Shown here piece by piece: positions 17,765 through 26,444 of a stretch of DNA of 64,000 nucleotides. The position numbers and the translations under genes were made by a program. The notes below the pieces were generated by a model that saw only the letters and a list, made by a program, of their open reading frames with translations, had not been told where the DNA came from and searched no databases. The stretch lies in sequence record MZ443780.1. One strand, 5' to 3'. Within the stretch, counting starts at the first letter, position 1; each line of letters opens with the position of its first letter.

Positions 17765-18028
17765 ATGATCAATCGCTTTCAGTTAAAACGAGTTCCAGTG
17801 ATTGAAGCATGTCAGTGGAACGGCGAGAACATTGATGAGATGAATCAATTTCTCAACGGTAGCGGTTACGTTGTAGGTCGCTATGTTCAGATTGGTGTTA
17901 CAGACCAATTCGGTAAGCCGACTCTTGCAAACGTATCAGTCGGCAACTATGCAGTGAAACACGAAGACGGTAAGTTCGACGCAATCACCGCATCAGAATT
18001 GATGGACCTTTACGTACTGGCGGATTGA
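17765..18028 (+). CDS. hypothetical phage protein
   Basis: IEACQWNGEN motif common in small phage proteins; GAGG SD. Confidence 0.7.
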   Translation: MINRFQLKRVPVIEACQWNGENIDEMNQFLNGSGYVVGRYVQIGVTDQFGKPTLANVSVGNYAVKHEDGKFDAITASELMDLYVLAD

Positions 18029-18035
18029 GGAACAA

Positions 18036-18491
18036 ATGAACCTGTTTTCTATTCTAAAGCAGCAAGTGAAGAAAGCGCTGTCGACCGAAGCTAACCACGA
18101 ACCAGAAATACGTGCGCAGTTCGACTGGCGTTACGCTCTTGAGATCAAAGGGCAGATGTACATTGTAGGCAAGACGGGCGCTAACACCTGCTTCTATATT
18201 GAGCCAGGTACTACCGAGCCTGTTGGTTGTTATCCAGATGCGCTTCTGGAGAAGATTGATCAGTGGGGTGGCAGCAAGTATGTTTCGTTTGCTATCTACT
18301 TCAAACACTTCGATAGCCCTGTCGCTGAGAATATCAAGACAGAAGAACAAGCGCTGAAAGGTAAGCCGAAGACATTTAAGAAAGGTTACTTCATCTGCGG
18401 TGTGACACCGAAAGGCAAGCGTATCAAACTGTATCGCTTGCAGCAAGGTCTCAGCGGTATGCAGTGGGTTGCCGTCGAACCTAAAAAGTAA
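18036..18491 (+). CDS. hypothetical protein
   Basis: GAGGA SD; 151 aa. Confidence 0.7.
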   Translation: MNLFSILKQQVKKALSTEANHEPEIRAQFDWRYALEIKGQMYIVGKTGANTCFYIEPGTTEPVGCYPDALLEKIDQWGGSKYVSFAIYFKHFDSPVAENIKTEEQALKGKPKTFKKGYFICGVTPKGKRIKLYRLQQGLSGMQWVAVEPKK

Positions 18492-18519
18492 TCACGGTCT
18501 GTCCGTGTGAGGAGCAAGT

Positions 18520-18813
18520 ATGATTAGCGACATTACAGTTGGCCACATCTATAAGTCACCAAGCAATAAACCTTTTATTGTTGACTGCATTGCTGCGCAC
18601 GGACAGGATTGCTCATTGCCTATGGTTGTCTATCGTAATCTTGAAGCTACGTTTGACAAACCTGCTGATAGCATTTGGGTAATCCCTGAATCGTTGTTTG
18701 TGATGCAGTTCTCTGAGTACGAATCAGGAGAGCACCATGAGCACAACGAGCTTGTATCATCATCTGGAGTCAAGGGGATTTTCTCCTTCTTTCTATCACT
18801 GTTGGCTAAGTGA
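18520..18813 (+). CDS. DUF1653-like small beta-barrel protein
   Basis: G.IYK......F.V..IA.H......MVVY..L......WV.P...F pattern. Confidence 0.65.
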   Translation: MISDITVGHIYKSPSNKPFIVDCIAAHGQDCSLPMVVYRNLEATFDKPADSIWVIPESLFVMQFSEYESGEHHEHNELVSSSGVKGIFSFFLSLLAK

Positions 18814-19253
18814 TACGCAAATGACTGTGCCGCTGTTTGGCTTTGACAGAGCTATGCGCGGCCTACAGGTCTACACACCAAATGCACCTAAGCATGACGC
18901 TAACCCGAAAGCCTGTCGTTACTTCACGCGAGCATTCGGTGGCAAGCAGTTGGTGTGGGGATCAGAAATTAAACCTGAACGGGTCGACCGTATTCTTAAC
19001 TGAGTCTGTGTTCAAGGCATGTGCGCTACATCGTCTTGGACTCAACGCTTGGTCCGTTCTTGGTTCAGATGTTAATCTACATCTCTATCGTCAGTTGCGT
19101 CTTCTTGGTCTGCGTTTCGTTTGTCTTGGTGACAACGATGCTGCTGGTGAAAAGTTCAGTCAGACATTCGGACTAGGCACGACGAGCAAAGACCTCGATG
19201 AGATGACAGACGAAGAACTTCGCGATCTAACTCTACCATTCTTGAGGAAGTGA
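18737..19253 (+). pseudogene. Toprim (primase-like) protein split by a +1 frameshift near 18966-18968
   Basis: ORF 18737..19003 joined to the frame of 18837..19253 gives ...LVWGSE/LNLNGSTVFLTESVFKAC...LGDNDAAG, i.e. the Toprim TE and DND motifs. Confidence 0.7.
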
Positions 19254-19254
19254 A

Positions 19255-19707
19255 ATGCCAAACGTAACCGAACAGGCGCGCCAACATAAAGTTGAAGTGC
19301 GCATCTTAGGTGCTGTGGGTAGCGGCAAGTCTGCTGTCTATTCAAAGATTGTTGCTGCCCTGACTAACAGTGGCGCGACTGTCAAACACGCAGACGAGAA
19401 AGCGTGGACGATGTTGAAGAATGCTGGTGAAGTTGACCAGTCTTCTGAAACGCTCTACACTTTCAGCCCGGAAGTGACTATCGAAGAAGTTTGCGTTCGC
19501 GCCAACACCGATATGTCGAACAACAAGATCATGCAGTTCTTCGCCTACGCACATCTGCCGCCGCATCTGCAAAAGGTGAGCAAGCCATTCGCTCTGCTGG
19601 CGCAAGAGATGGACCAGTATCTGCCTGACGGTGCTGAGAAAGCTGCGGGTCTGCGTAAACTTCTCGAAGCTAAAGACTGCGCCGTTCGCGCACTCGTAGC
19701 TAAGTAA
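19255..19707 (+). CDS. two-domain protein: N-terminal P-loop-like motif, C-terminal helical hairpin resembling Acb2/Tad1 family
   Basis: GAVGSGKS; C-terminal FFAYAHLPPHLQ...P.GAEKAAGLRKLLEAKDCAVRA. Confidence 0.5.
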   Translation: MPNVTEQARQHKVEVRILGAVGSGKSAVYSKIVAALTNSGATVKHADEKAWTMLKNAGEVDQSSETLYTFSPEVTIEEVCVRANTDMSNNKIMQFFAYAHLPPHLQKVSKPFALLAQEMDQYLPDGAEKAAGLRKLLEAKDCAVRALVAK

Positions 19708-19719
19708 CATGGAGCAATC

Positions 19720-20100
19720 ATGCCTAACTTTATTCGTCCACCAGCTTTCATCAAATCGGTTCCTACTATGTCAACGGTCGATGCAACCGATTTCATAGCA
19801 AGTGGTTCTCCTGTGAACCACGTAGTCAATCTGGATGCTGTACAGGCGCTCCACCGCGAACAGATTAGCGCGGGGCACATCGAGCCCTTCTCTAAGTCTA
19901 TAGGTCTGCACCCTGCCGACCCTCTGCCTGAAAACGATCACGTAAGCGTACCTTCATTGGCCTTCTTCCTTGAAGGCGGCGAGTGTGAAATCTGGTACTT
20001 CTGTGGTCCAGAGCTTCCACTTGTCGAGTGGACGAAGCTGCGTGATAAAGTCGAACAGGCTGTATTTGAAAACGCGTACCATCACGACACAGAGTTCTGA
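19720..20100 (+). CDS. hypothetical protein
   Basis: GGAG SD; 126 aa. Confidence 0.65.
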   Translation: MPNFIRPPAFIKSVPTMSTVDATDFIASGSPVNHVVNLDAVQALHREQISAGHIEPFSKSIGLHPADPLPENDHVSVPSLAFFLEGGECEIWYFCGPELPLVEWTKLRDKVEQAVFENAYHHDTEF

Positions 20101-20123
20101 TAACCTGACCAGAGGAGGCAATC

Positions 20124-20150
20124 ATGAACGATTGGTTCTACGACTGGTAA
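20124..20150 (+). CDS. putative 8-aa micropeptide MNDWFYDW
   Basis: AGAGGAGG SD 5 nt before ATG, tandem TAA TAA stops, followed by terminator. Confidence 0.45.
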   Translation: MNDWFYDW

Positions 20151-20154
20151 TAAC

Positions 20155-20180
20155 AAAGGGTGGCTTCGGCTGCCCTTTTC
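20155..20180 (+). terminator. intrinsic terminator
   Basis: AAAGGGTGGC-TTCG-GCTGCCCTTT followed by TC. Confidence 0.75.
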
Positions 20181-20301
20181 TGATCTTAGACGACTAAAAC
20201 ATGCCTATAGGGATAGCGAATAACCGTGCGTAAAGCGTATAAAACCATGTGTAGACAGCGCAGAAACACCACCTTTTTCTTGAGCAGTGTCAAGCGCTTA
20301 A

Positions 20302-20313
20302 AATCTGTAAATA
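20302..20313 (+). promoter_or_regulatory. candidate phage promoter AATCTGTAAATA
   Basis: Exact motif copy, intergenic, ~40 nt upstream of RHH gene. Confidence 0.6.
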
Positions 20314-20352
20314 AGCATCAGATACCAATAACGATTCTTGAAAAGGATAAAA

Positions 20353-20754
20353 ATGAGACCCGAGACCATCGCACGAACGTATAGAGTCCCAAGCCAGACT
20401 TTGGAGACAGTTCACAATATCTGCGAACGCCAAGGCGTAAGATTATCTGACATTGTTCGACGCTATGCCCAATTCGTCGTGCGTACTCGCGGTGAGTTTC
20501 TGCGTTCGGCTCCTCGGCCAGAATCGTCCCAGCTCAACGTGCGTATGCCTTTTGATTTAGCACATTCGTTTAGTCTTGTGTGCAAACAATCTGGCTCTGG
20601 TACCAACACAACTGTGACCAGTTTCCTGAATGAGATCGTTCAACTCAATCGTATTCCTGAGGAACTTCTGCAAGAGTCGGCAGAAGATGTGCGTGAGTAT
20701 ATCCGCAAAGAACGTGCTCGCCTCGATACACTGGAGGCCCAACTCGGAAAATAA
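20353..20754 (+). CDS. tandem ribbon-helix-helix DNA-binding protein
   Basis: Two RHH-like units (TYRVPSQT...CERQGVRLSDIVR; LNVRMPFDL...CKQSG...VTSFL); AAGGA SD favours ATG 20353. Confidence 0.6.
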   Translation: MRPETIARTYRVPSQTLETVHNICERQGVRLSDIVRRYAQFVVRTRGEFLRSAPRPESSQLNVRMPFDLAHSFSLVCKQSGSGTNTTVTSFLNEIVQLNRIPEELLQESAEDVREYIRKERARLDTLEAQLGK

Positions 20755-20755
20755 A

Positions 20756-21598
20756 ATGACAGTAATCAGCCCCATTCGTTATCAGGGCAATAAGCGTAGC
20801 CTTATCCCTCTTATTCTTGAAAACACACCTGATGTGAAAGACTGCCCGCGTATGGTCGATGTGTTTGGCGGTAGTGCCACCGTGTGCGCGAACATGCCTC
20901 AGAAGTTTCGCGTCTACAACGAGCTTAGTCCTCAGGTGTATGAGATCGTTAAGATGCTTGTCGAGCAAGACCCGAAGAAAACATTGGGTCAAGTCAAGCG
21001 TCTGGTAAAGCACTGGTGCCTGACAAACAGCAACGAAGCGAACTATGACGCGTTTCGAACTGTCGTCCAGAAGAAGCGTACTCCCATACTTCACTACGTT
21101 GCGCACAGACACGCACACTCGAACATGCTGCGCTTTAACCAGCAGGGTGTGTACAACGTAGGCTTCGGCGATCGTGGTCTGATTGGAAAGTTCGAGGAGC
21201 TTGAGCATGAGCTTACGACATTCCACCAGCACATGCAGGGTGTTCACCTGACGAACATGAAGTACGGTAAGTTGTTGGGTAGATTAGGCAATCAACTGGA
21301 TTGCAATACGTTCTGCTACTTCGACCCACCGTATCTGGCAAGTGGCGCGATGCAGTACGGCAAGTGGACTGAATCAAACGAACGTAACCTGCTTGCTACG
21401 CTTGAACAACTCAATCGCTTAGGCGTACCGTGGATGTTGAGCAACGTTACAGAGCACAGGCATTTCTCGAACGACCTGTTAAAGCGTTGGCTAAAGAAAC
21501 ACGCGACGACCGTGCTCTACCCGAACAAAAGCTATGCGATGAACAACGGCCAGAGTGGCTCGCATGGTACTGTTGAAATTCTGGCAATGAACTACTGA
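20756..21598 (+). CDS. dam: D12-class N6-adenine DNA methyltransferase (Dam-like)
   Basis: RYQGNKRSL, VDVFGGSATV, YFDPPY, WMLSN motifs. Confidence 0.9.
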   Translation: MTVISPIRYQGNKRSLIPLILENTPDVKDCPRMVDVFGGSATVCANMPQKFRVYNELSPQVYEIVKMLVEQDPKKTLGQVKRLVKHWCLTNSNEANYDAFRTVVQKKRTPILHYVAHRHAHSNMLRFNQQGVYNVGFGDRGLIGKFEELEHELTTFHQHMQGVHLTNMKYGKLLGRLGNQLDCNTFCYFDPPYLASGAMQYGKWTESNERNLLATLEQLNRLGVPWMLSNVTEHRHFSNDLLKRWLKKHATTVLYPNKSYAMNNGQSGSHGTVEILAMNY

Positions 21599-21605
21599 GG
21601 CTTCT

Positions 21606-21911
21606 ATGACTATGCGCACAAACCAAAAACTGATCTTCGTGTTAAAAGCACTGACTCGTAAACTGGAAGAGGTCAATGCTCTCGCGTGGTCAATTTCGAA
21701 AGATCCCAGAGATACGTGCGGCGCTATTGATATGTCCGCAATTTCTGACTACTCAGACGAAGGTCTGATCAAAGAAATTGAAATGCGCGCCAATCAAATC
21801 GAAGAACGCAAACGCTACATTGCCGGTCTGCATGGCGGTGCTGATGGTCACTGCCGCGTTGCCAATAGACAAGCAGACGAGCTGTACCAGAAATACTGCG
21901 GCAAACGCTAA
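21606..21911 (+). CDS. hypothetical protein
   Basis: GAGG SD; 101 aa. Confidence 0.65.
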   Translation: MTMRTNQKLIFVLKALTRKLEEVNALAWSISKDPRDTCGAIDMSAISDYSDEGLIKEIEMRANQIEERKRYIAGLHGGADGHCRVANRQADELYQKYCGKR

Positions 21912-21920
21912 TCTGTAAAA
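21912..21920 (+). promoter_or_regulatory. candidate promoter variant TCTGTAAAA
   Basis: Intergenic, 51 nt upstream of 21963 start. Confidence 0.45.
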
Positions 21921-21962
21921 CAACACTGAACCACTTATTTGACTACACATTAAGGATATACG

Positions 21963-22547
21963 ATGAAAGAGTTCCTGTCTAAATATTTCGATCTGGGTGA
22001 GTATGACCGTTGGCCTGTTATCGGCATGTTCATTCCGATGTTTATCGGTCTGTTCACTGATCATCTGGTGTCTGTTGAAAATCAGCTTTACGTCACGGTG
22101 CTGTTTATCGCGTTTCTCGTTGTGTGCGTTTGGCAAGATGCACGTAATCTGAAAGAAGCTGGCTTCGATCATCCGTCACGCGGCTGGGTGCTGCTTATCC
22201 CTGTGTATCTTTTCCGCCGCGACCACGTAACAAAGAAAAAGAACCATCGCATCTTCCTCGCGTGGATGTTGTTGTTCTGTGTCTCTGTTGCAAACGGCGT
22301 CTGGGCAATGAACAAAGACCAGAACTATGCTGTCGAGCAAGACGTGTGCTCTGTGCTTGATACGCTTGACTCTCTCAAAGAGAACAACGTGACCTGCGTT
22401 CGTGCGTACAACATGGAAGAACAATACGACGGCTACTGGAAGGGTAGTGCGCACCTGTCAAACAACCGTGACGTAAACGTAAGCGCTGACTACAACAAGT
22501 ATCAAGGTCAGGTGTACGTTCAAATTCATAGTCTGCTGGTGGAGTAA
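21963..22547 (+). CDS. membrane protein (about 4 TM helices plus periplasmic C-terminal domain)
   Basis: Hydrophobic segments; GWVLLIPVYLFRR. Confidence 0.7.
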   Translation: MKEFLSKYFDLGEYDRWPVIGMFIPMFIGLFTDHLVSVENQLYVTVLFIAFLVVCVWQDARNLKEAGFDHPSRGWVLLIPVYLFRRDHVTKKKNHRIFLAWMLLFCVSVANGVWAMNKDQNYAVEQDVCSVLDTLDSLKENNVTCVRAYNMEEQYDGYWKGSAHLSNNRDVNVSADYNKYQGQVYVQIHSLLVE

Positions 22548-22549
22548 TC

Positions 22550-23248
22550 ATGGAACAGAACATGCAAGACATGCCTGTGCATATCATCAACGGCTTCCAG
22601 TTCAACAAGAAATCTGCTGCGCTGTTTGGCTACGCGCTCGACCTTGTTCGTCTTGGCGCAGAGATTGATGAATCGTTCTGGATCGATCACATTCGTCCGC
22701 AAGACGAGAAAGCAGATCTGATGCACACGATCTCAATCTCAGGTCCTGTCATTCGTCATCGTGAATTTGACCTCTTCGATTCGCTTGATAAGTGCCGCCG
22801 CAACGCACACATCATTCTCGAAGGTCTGATTGACGGTATGAGCACTATCTGCTCCGAGCTGGAAACAGCGTTCCTTGCAGAAGACGGTCCGTCCCTTCAT
22901 ATCTGCAAGTCAAACCAGAACATGTTCCGTAACGAAACGCTGCAATACTTGACGCGACCTGCGGAAGAACAGGACATTCTCTTGTGTGCTGCCGGACGTA
23001 GACAAGCTGCCCAGCTGTACGACACTGAATCTGTGTTGTTGGCTATTCGTGGTATTGAGTCAAGCTGGCAGTACGTGTGGAACGGCGAGTGGCGGGCACT
23101 GCTTGCGTCAGACGAAGAAACGCGTAGCACTCACTTCCGTCGTTGGTATTACAACCATGTGCTGACAATCCATCGTCTGCGTCATGCCCTATCGTGCCAC
23201 CTGTACACGGTCTATCCTGAACATTTTAACAGAGGTAAGAATGCGTAA
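22550..23248 (+). CDS. hypothetical protein
   Basis: GGAG SD; 232 aa. Confidence 0.7.
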   Translation: MEQNMQDMPVHIINGFQFNKKSAALFGYALDLVRLGAEIDESFWIDHIRPQDEKADLMHTISISGPVIRHREFDLFDSLDKCRRNAHIILEGLIDGMSTICSELETAFLAEDGPSLHICKSNQNMFRNETLQYLTRPAEEQDILLCAAGRRQAAQLYDTESVLLAIRGIESSWQYVWNGEWRALLASDEETRSTHFRRWYYNHVLTIHRLRHALSCHLYTVYPEHFNRGKNA

Positions 23249-23579
23249 GATCAGAGCGTTGTTGAAAATGCGTCATCTGGAACAATTGCGTGATCGTTTC
23301 GAAGATGGTCCGCTGTTTGATATCATCTACTTCGATGGTCAGGCAACCGATGCGCCTCAGTACGTCCGCGAAGTTGTGTGCGACAAGCTGTTCCCTAACA
23401 GCATCGACGAATCTATCGTTGGCGGTTACGACTATCTGGTGCTGGGAGTTCGCGATCAGGACGTGGATATCGAACTCAAGCCGGGTGACTATGTTGTGTT
23501 CCGTGACGACAATAGCTTCGTCACCCTTCGTGGTTTTGATAAAGCAGAGGTGGCTGGTGGAAAACTCGTCCTTCACTGA
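23241..23579 (+). CDS. hypothetical protein
   Basis: GAGG SD before ATG 23241. Confidence 0.65.
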   Translation: MRKIRALLKMRHLEQLRDRFEDGPLFDIIYFDGQATDAPQYVREVVCDKLFPNSIDESIVGGYDYLVLGVRDQDVDIELKPGDYVVFRDDNSFVTLRGFDKAEVAGGKLVLH

Positions 23580-24036
23580 GTTGCGTGAGCGTCTGGTTAA
23601 GGCGCTCGATATGTCTATCGTAAGTGACGGTCCATCTGCCTGTTACGTCGATGCTATAGGCAAACCAATGGGTCTGGTTAGTCACTGGCGTCCTGAATCA
23701 GCAGAGAACATTCTGCTTGTGATCGAGCGTTACGGTCTGCATGTAGAGCGTATCGTAGCACCTTACCATAAGCCTCGTCCCGGCGAAGAAGATAAGATTG
23801 TGTGGCAGTTCAACGTATGGTCGCGCAATCCAATTTATCGCACACTGTCTCAGGATTACGGACGTAGACTGGAACATGGTCCTCGTGTCGTTGGTCCTGA
23901 TTTGACTACTGCCGTGTTTACGTGGGCGGTACTTCGTGCAGAGCGTGTCAAGCAACTACGCGAGTGTAAAGTAGACGCGAACCTCTACCACTTTGGTGCG
24001 CTGCGGGAGAAGGTATATGTATCACCAGCTCAGTGA
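23557..24036 (+). CDS. hypothetical protein
   Basis: GAGG SD before GTG 23557; part of track ORF 23290..24036. Confidence 0.6.
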   Translation: MENSSFTELRERLVKALDMSIVSDGPSACYVDAIGKPMGLVSHWRPESAENILLVIERYGLHVERIVAPYHKPRPGEEDKIVWQFNVWSRNPIYRTLSQDYGRRLEHGPRVVGPDLTTAVFTWAVLRAERVKQLRECKVDANLYHFGALREKVYVSPAQ

Positions 24037-24427
24037 CGGCGCGTCTGACGATGAAGTTCGTAAGTATTACGAGCAGATTCACAAGGACGCAGAAGCAATC
24101 ATGCAGCAGGTGTGGGCGCTTCGTGGTTGGACTATTCGCTGGGAGTGGCACAACGGCATTTGCGATGACTGTGAATTTATTTTCGATGAAACAGGCAAAT
24201 GCCGTGGCACTAAGTCTGATGCCATACCTCAGCAGGTGGGGATAGCTGACCGCATCGACGCGCTAAAGCTGTCTGTTTCGCACACCAAGAAATCTGTAAA
24301 GATAACTAACAAACATGCTGAAAAGCCAGTTGAAGGAAAAGGTCGTAATGTGCGCCTTGCTTATCTCGACTGGTTGCTCAGTGTTGAAAAGCAGAAAGCT
24401 GAGGAGAGAAAGTGCGCTGCAACTTAA
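24017..24427 (+). CDS. hypothetical protein
   Basis: AAGG SD before ATG 24017. Confidence 0.6.
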   Translation: MYHQLSDGASDDEVRKYYEQIHKDAEAIMQQVWALRGWTIRWEWHNGICDDCEFIFDETGKCRGTKSDAIPQQVGIADRIDALKLSVSHTKKSVKITNKHAEKPVEGKGRNVRLAYLDWLLSVEKQKAEERKCAAT

Positions 24428-24933
24428 CTGAACTACCAATCAAGCTCGAACAGGCCGAGTTTATTATGGCAAGCGTCTTTGCGCTCGCTGGTGCTTCTAA
24501 ATCGAAACGCCGTGCGACTGCTGCGATGCTGGTGCACTTTCACAAAGGCTTCCCCACTATTATCAGTAGTGGCGTGAACGGTACGATGCCTGGTGAGAGC
24601 AACGTCATGGAGAACGCTGACCTGACGCTCTCGCTTGACACTGTTATTCACGCAGAAGCGAACTGCCTGAATCGCATGGAAGAGTACAACATGTGGTCGG
24701 ACGATCAGGACATTTTGTTCTGCACCGATTCGCCGTGTCCAAACTGTCTGGCGTATCTTGAAGCGGAAGGCGTTAAGACGATTGTGTACGCGCGAGAGTA
24801 TCGCCTGACCGATCATCTGGATGCGTCTGATATCAAGATGTTCTGTCTCGATATGGATAGCGTTATTCAGCGTATGCAACACAGCATCGACCGCAGCAAA
24901 GAAGTGATTGCAACAACCCCAGCGTCTAATTAA
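24412..24933 (+). CDS. dCMP deaminase
   Basis: SSGVNGT, IHAEANC, TDSPCPNC zinc-binding deaminase motifs. Confidence 0.88.
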   Translation: MRCNLTELPIKLEQAEFIMASVFALAGASKSKRRATAAMLVHFHKGFPTIISSGVNGTMPGESNVMENADLTLSLDTVIHAEANCLNRMEEYNMWSDDQDILFCTDSPCPNCLAYLEAEGVKTIVYAREYRLTDHLDASDIKMFCLDMDSVIQRMQHSIDRSKEVIATTPASN

Positions 24934-25762
24934 GACCAATAGCAGAGAGGCTCTCAACGTGGAAAAGAATCAGCATTACAATACGGCTATACCGTCGGAT
25001 GATCAAGTACGTCAGGTCTTAGACCAAGAGGACCGCATCTTCGTTGATGCTATGCGTGAGATTGAAAATGCGCGTCGTCGTAATCTGGATCGTCTGGCCG
25101 AGATGATTGCTTCTGATCCCAAGTTGAGAGCCAAGCTGGAAGCGACTCAGCGCAACAAGTTCCAACCAAAATTGGACCTGTCTTCGCTTGAGGAGATTGC
25201 TGCTAGGACGCATACTGGTCGTGTGAGATCTGATCGTAGTAATATCGAACATGTCTCACCTACGTTTCGTCACACGTCAGGCAAAACTCGCGGTGTCATT
25301 CAACGCGTACCGTTTATGGCAGACAATATCCCGCGTGACGGTCATATCAAAGTTGACGTAGCTCCTGGGAAGCGTGTTCTGCAAACTGATATTCATCTTG
25401 GTGATTCCAAAACAGAGGATTTATCTATGGCAATGGTAGCTGCTGCCTACGGACTGAGTGGCGAACAGCTTGGCGTTATTCCTGCTGTATCTGGTGGCGG
25501 TCAGTCTGTACCAGATCCGCGTCTGTCTTATATCGACGAAGCCCCTTTCGTTCCGAATCACATGGCGCAGCATTATCTACAGACCGCTAAAGGTCCTGTG
25601 TGTCCAGTAGGTCCTAGCCCTTCAGGCAGAGCGCTGCGTGTTGAGAAACTGCAGGGTTGGTCTGCTGCTCGCCGTGACCGCGCTGCCACTTCTGCGCCAG
25701 TGCGTAAGAAGCTCCGTGATCGTACACGCGCCCAGAAGCAAGCGCGCCGTAAACAACGCTGA
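24908..25762 (+). CDS. hypothetical protein with basic C-terminus
   Basis: 284-aa ORF; ends RKKLRDRTRAQKQARRKQR; exact start uncertain. Confidence 0.65.
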   Translation: MQQPQRLIKTNSREALNVEKNQHYNTAIPSDDQVRQVLDQEDRIFVDAMREIENARRRNLDRLAEMIASDPKLRAKLEATQRNKFQPKLDLSSLEEIAARTHTGRVRSDRSNIEHVSPTFRHTSGKTRGVIQRVPFMADNIPRDGHIKVDVAPGKRVLQTDIHLGDSKTEDLSMAMVAAAYGLSGEQLGVIPAVSGGGQSVPDPRLSYIDEAPFVPNHMAQHYLQTAKGPVCPVGPSPSGRALRVEKLQGWSAARRDRAATSAPVRKKLRDRTRAQKQARRKQR

Positions 25763-25772
25763 GGTAACAGCA

Positions 25773-26261
25773 ATGTCTGATTTTAATAAGTTCAAAGATG
25801 GTTTCCTTCGTTCGGTGGGTATCGACCCAAAGCGTCTTGACCTGCCGGAAGATCCTGAGGGTGCTGAAATCTTTAACAGCCTGAATGCGCAAGACCAGCG
25901 CAAAGTCAAAGTTGGTCTTGCGCTGCTGCATCTGCAAGTTCCTGATGAAGTTCGTTATGAGTTGCTGACGAACCATCTCGATGAAACCGAGCGTCTGGTA
26001 TCTACCGCGTTTGAAGATCTGACTGCCTCGCTTGTGAACAAGCTGTCGCAAGCGGGTGATGCGGAAACCAAATCGACACTCGGTAGTGTTCGTCTGGCTA
26101 TGCTGATGAACATTCTGGGTTTTGATGACGCTACTCTCACTGGCGTCCTTACCGATCCAATTCTCGCTCGTCGCGCCAGCCTTGTTGCTGTGACGTGCAT
26201 GAATGAGATGGGTCAGAAAATCCAACAAATGTACGACGAGAAAAGCAATGAGCCAACCTGA
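25773..26261 (+). CDS. hypothetical protein
   Basis: GAGG SD before ATG 25773. Confidence 0.7.
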   Translation: MSDFNKFKDGFLRSVGIDPKRLDLPEDPEGAEIFNSLNAQDQRKVKVGLALLHLQVPDEVRYELLTNHLDETERLVSTAFEDLTASLVNKLSQAGDAETKSTLGSVRLAMLMNILGFDDATLTGVLTDPILARRASLVAVTCMNEMGQKIQQMYDEKSNEPT

Positions 26262-26406
26262 AAATCCTTTAGCGAAATTCTTCGATGAATCTGCATCTAT
26301 CCCTGGTCTGGACGAAGCCCAAGAGCGCGTTGAAACAATGCGTGATGGTGGCGGTGAAGTTGTAGAAGCATCTGATGAATGCGAAGGCGGCGGCTGCAAG
26401 ATCTAA
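26248..26406 (+). CDS. 52-aa acidic peptide ending in an RNR-alpha-like CxxxxC tail
   Basis: Ends DECEGGGCKI; followed by terminator. Confidence 0.6.
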   Translation: MSQPENPLAKFFDESASIPGLDEAQERVETMRDGGGEVVEASDECEGGGCKI

Positions 26407-26409
26407 CTC

Positions 26410-26436
26410 ATGGGGCCTAGTGCCCCATTTTTGTTT
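26410..26436 (+). terminator. intrinsic terminator
   Basis: ATGGGGC-CTAGT-GCCCCAT followed by TTTTGTTTT. Confidence 0.75.
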
Positions 26437-26444
26437 TGGGGAAC

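Noticed and set aside
20111-20180. MNDWFYDW as a classical Trp/Phe attenuator leader
   Set aside because: No alternative antiterminator pairing or amino-acid biosynthetic operon downstream was found; kept only as a micro-ORF finding.
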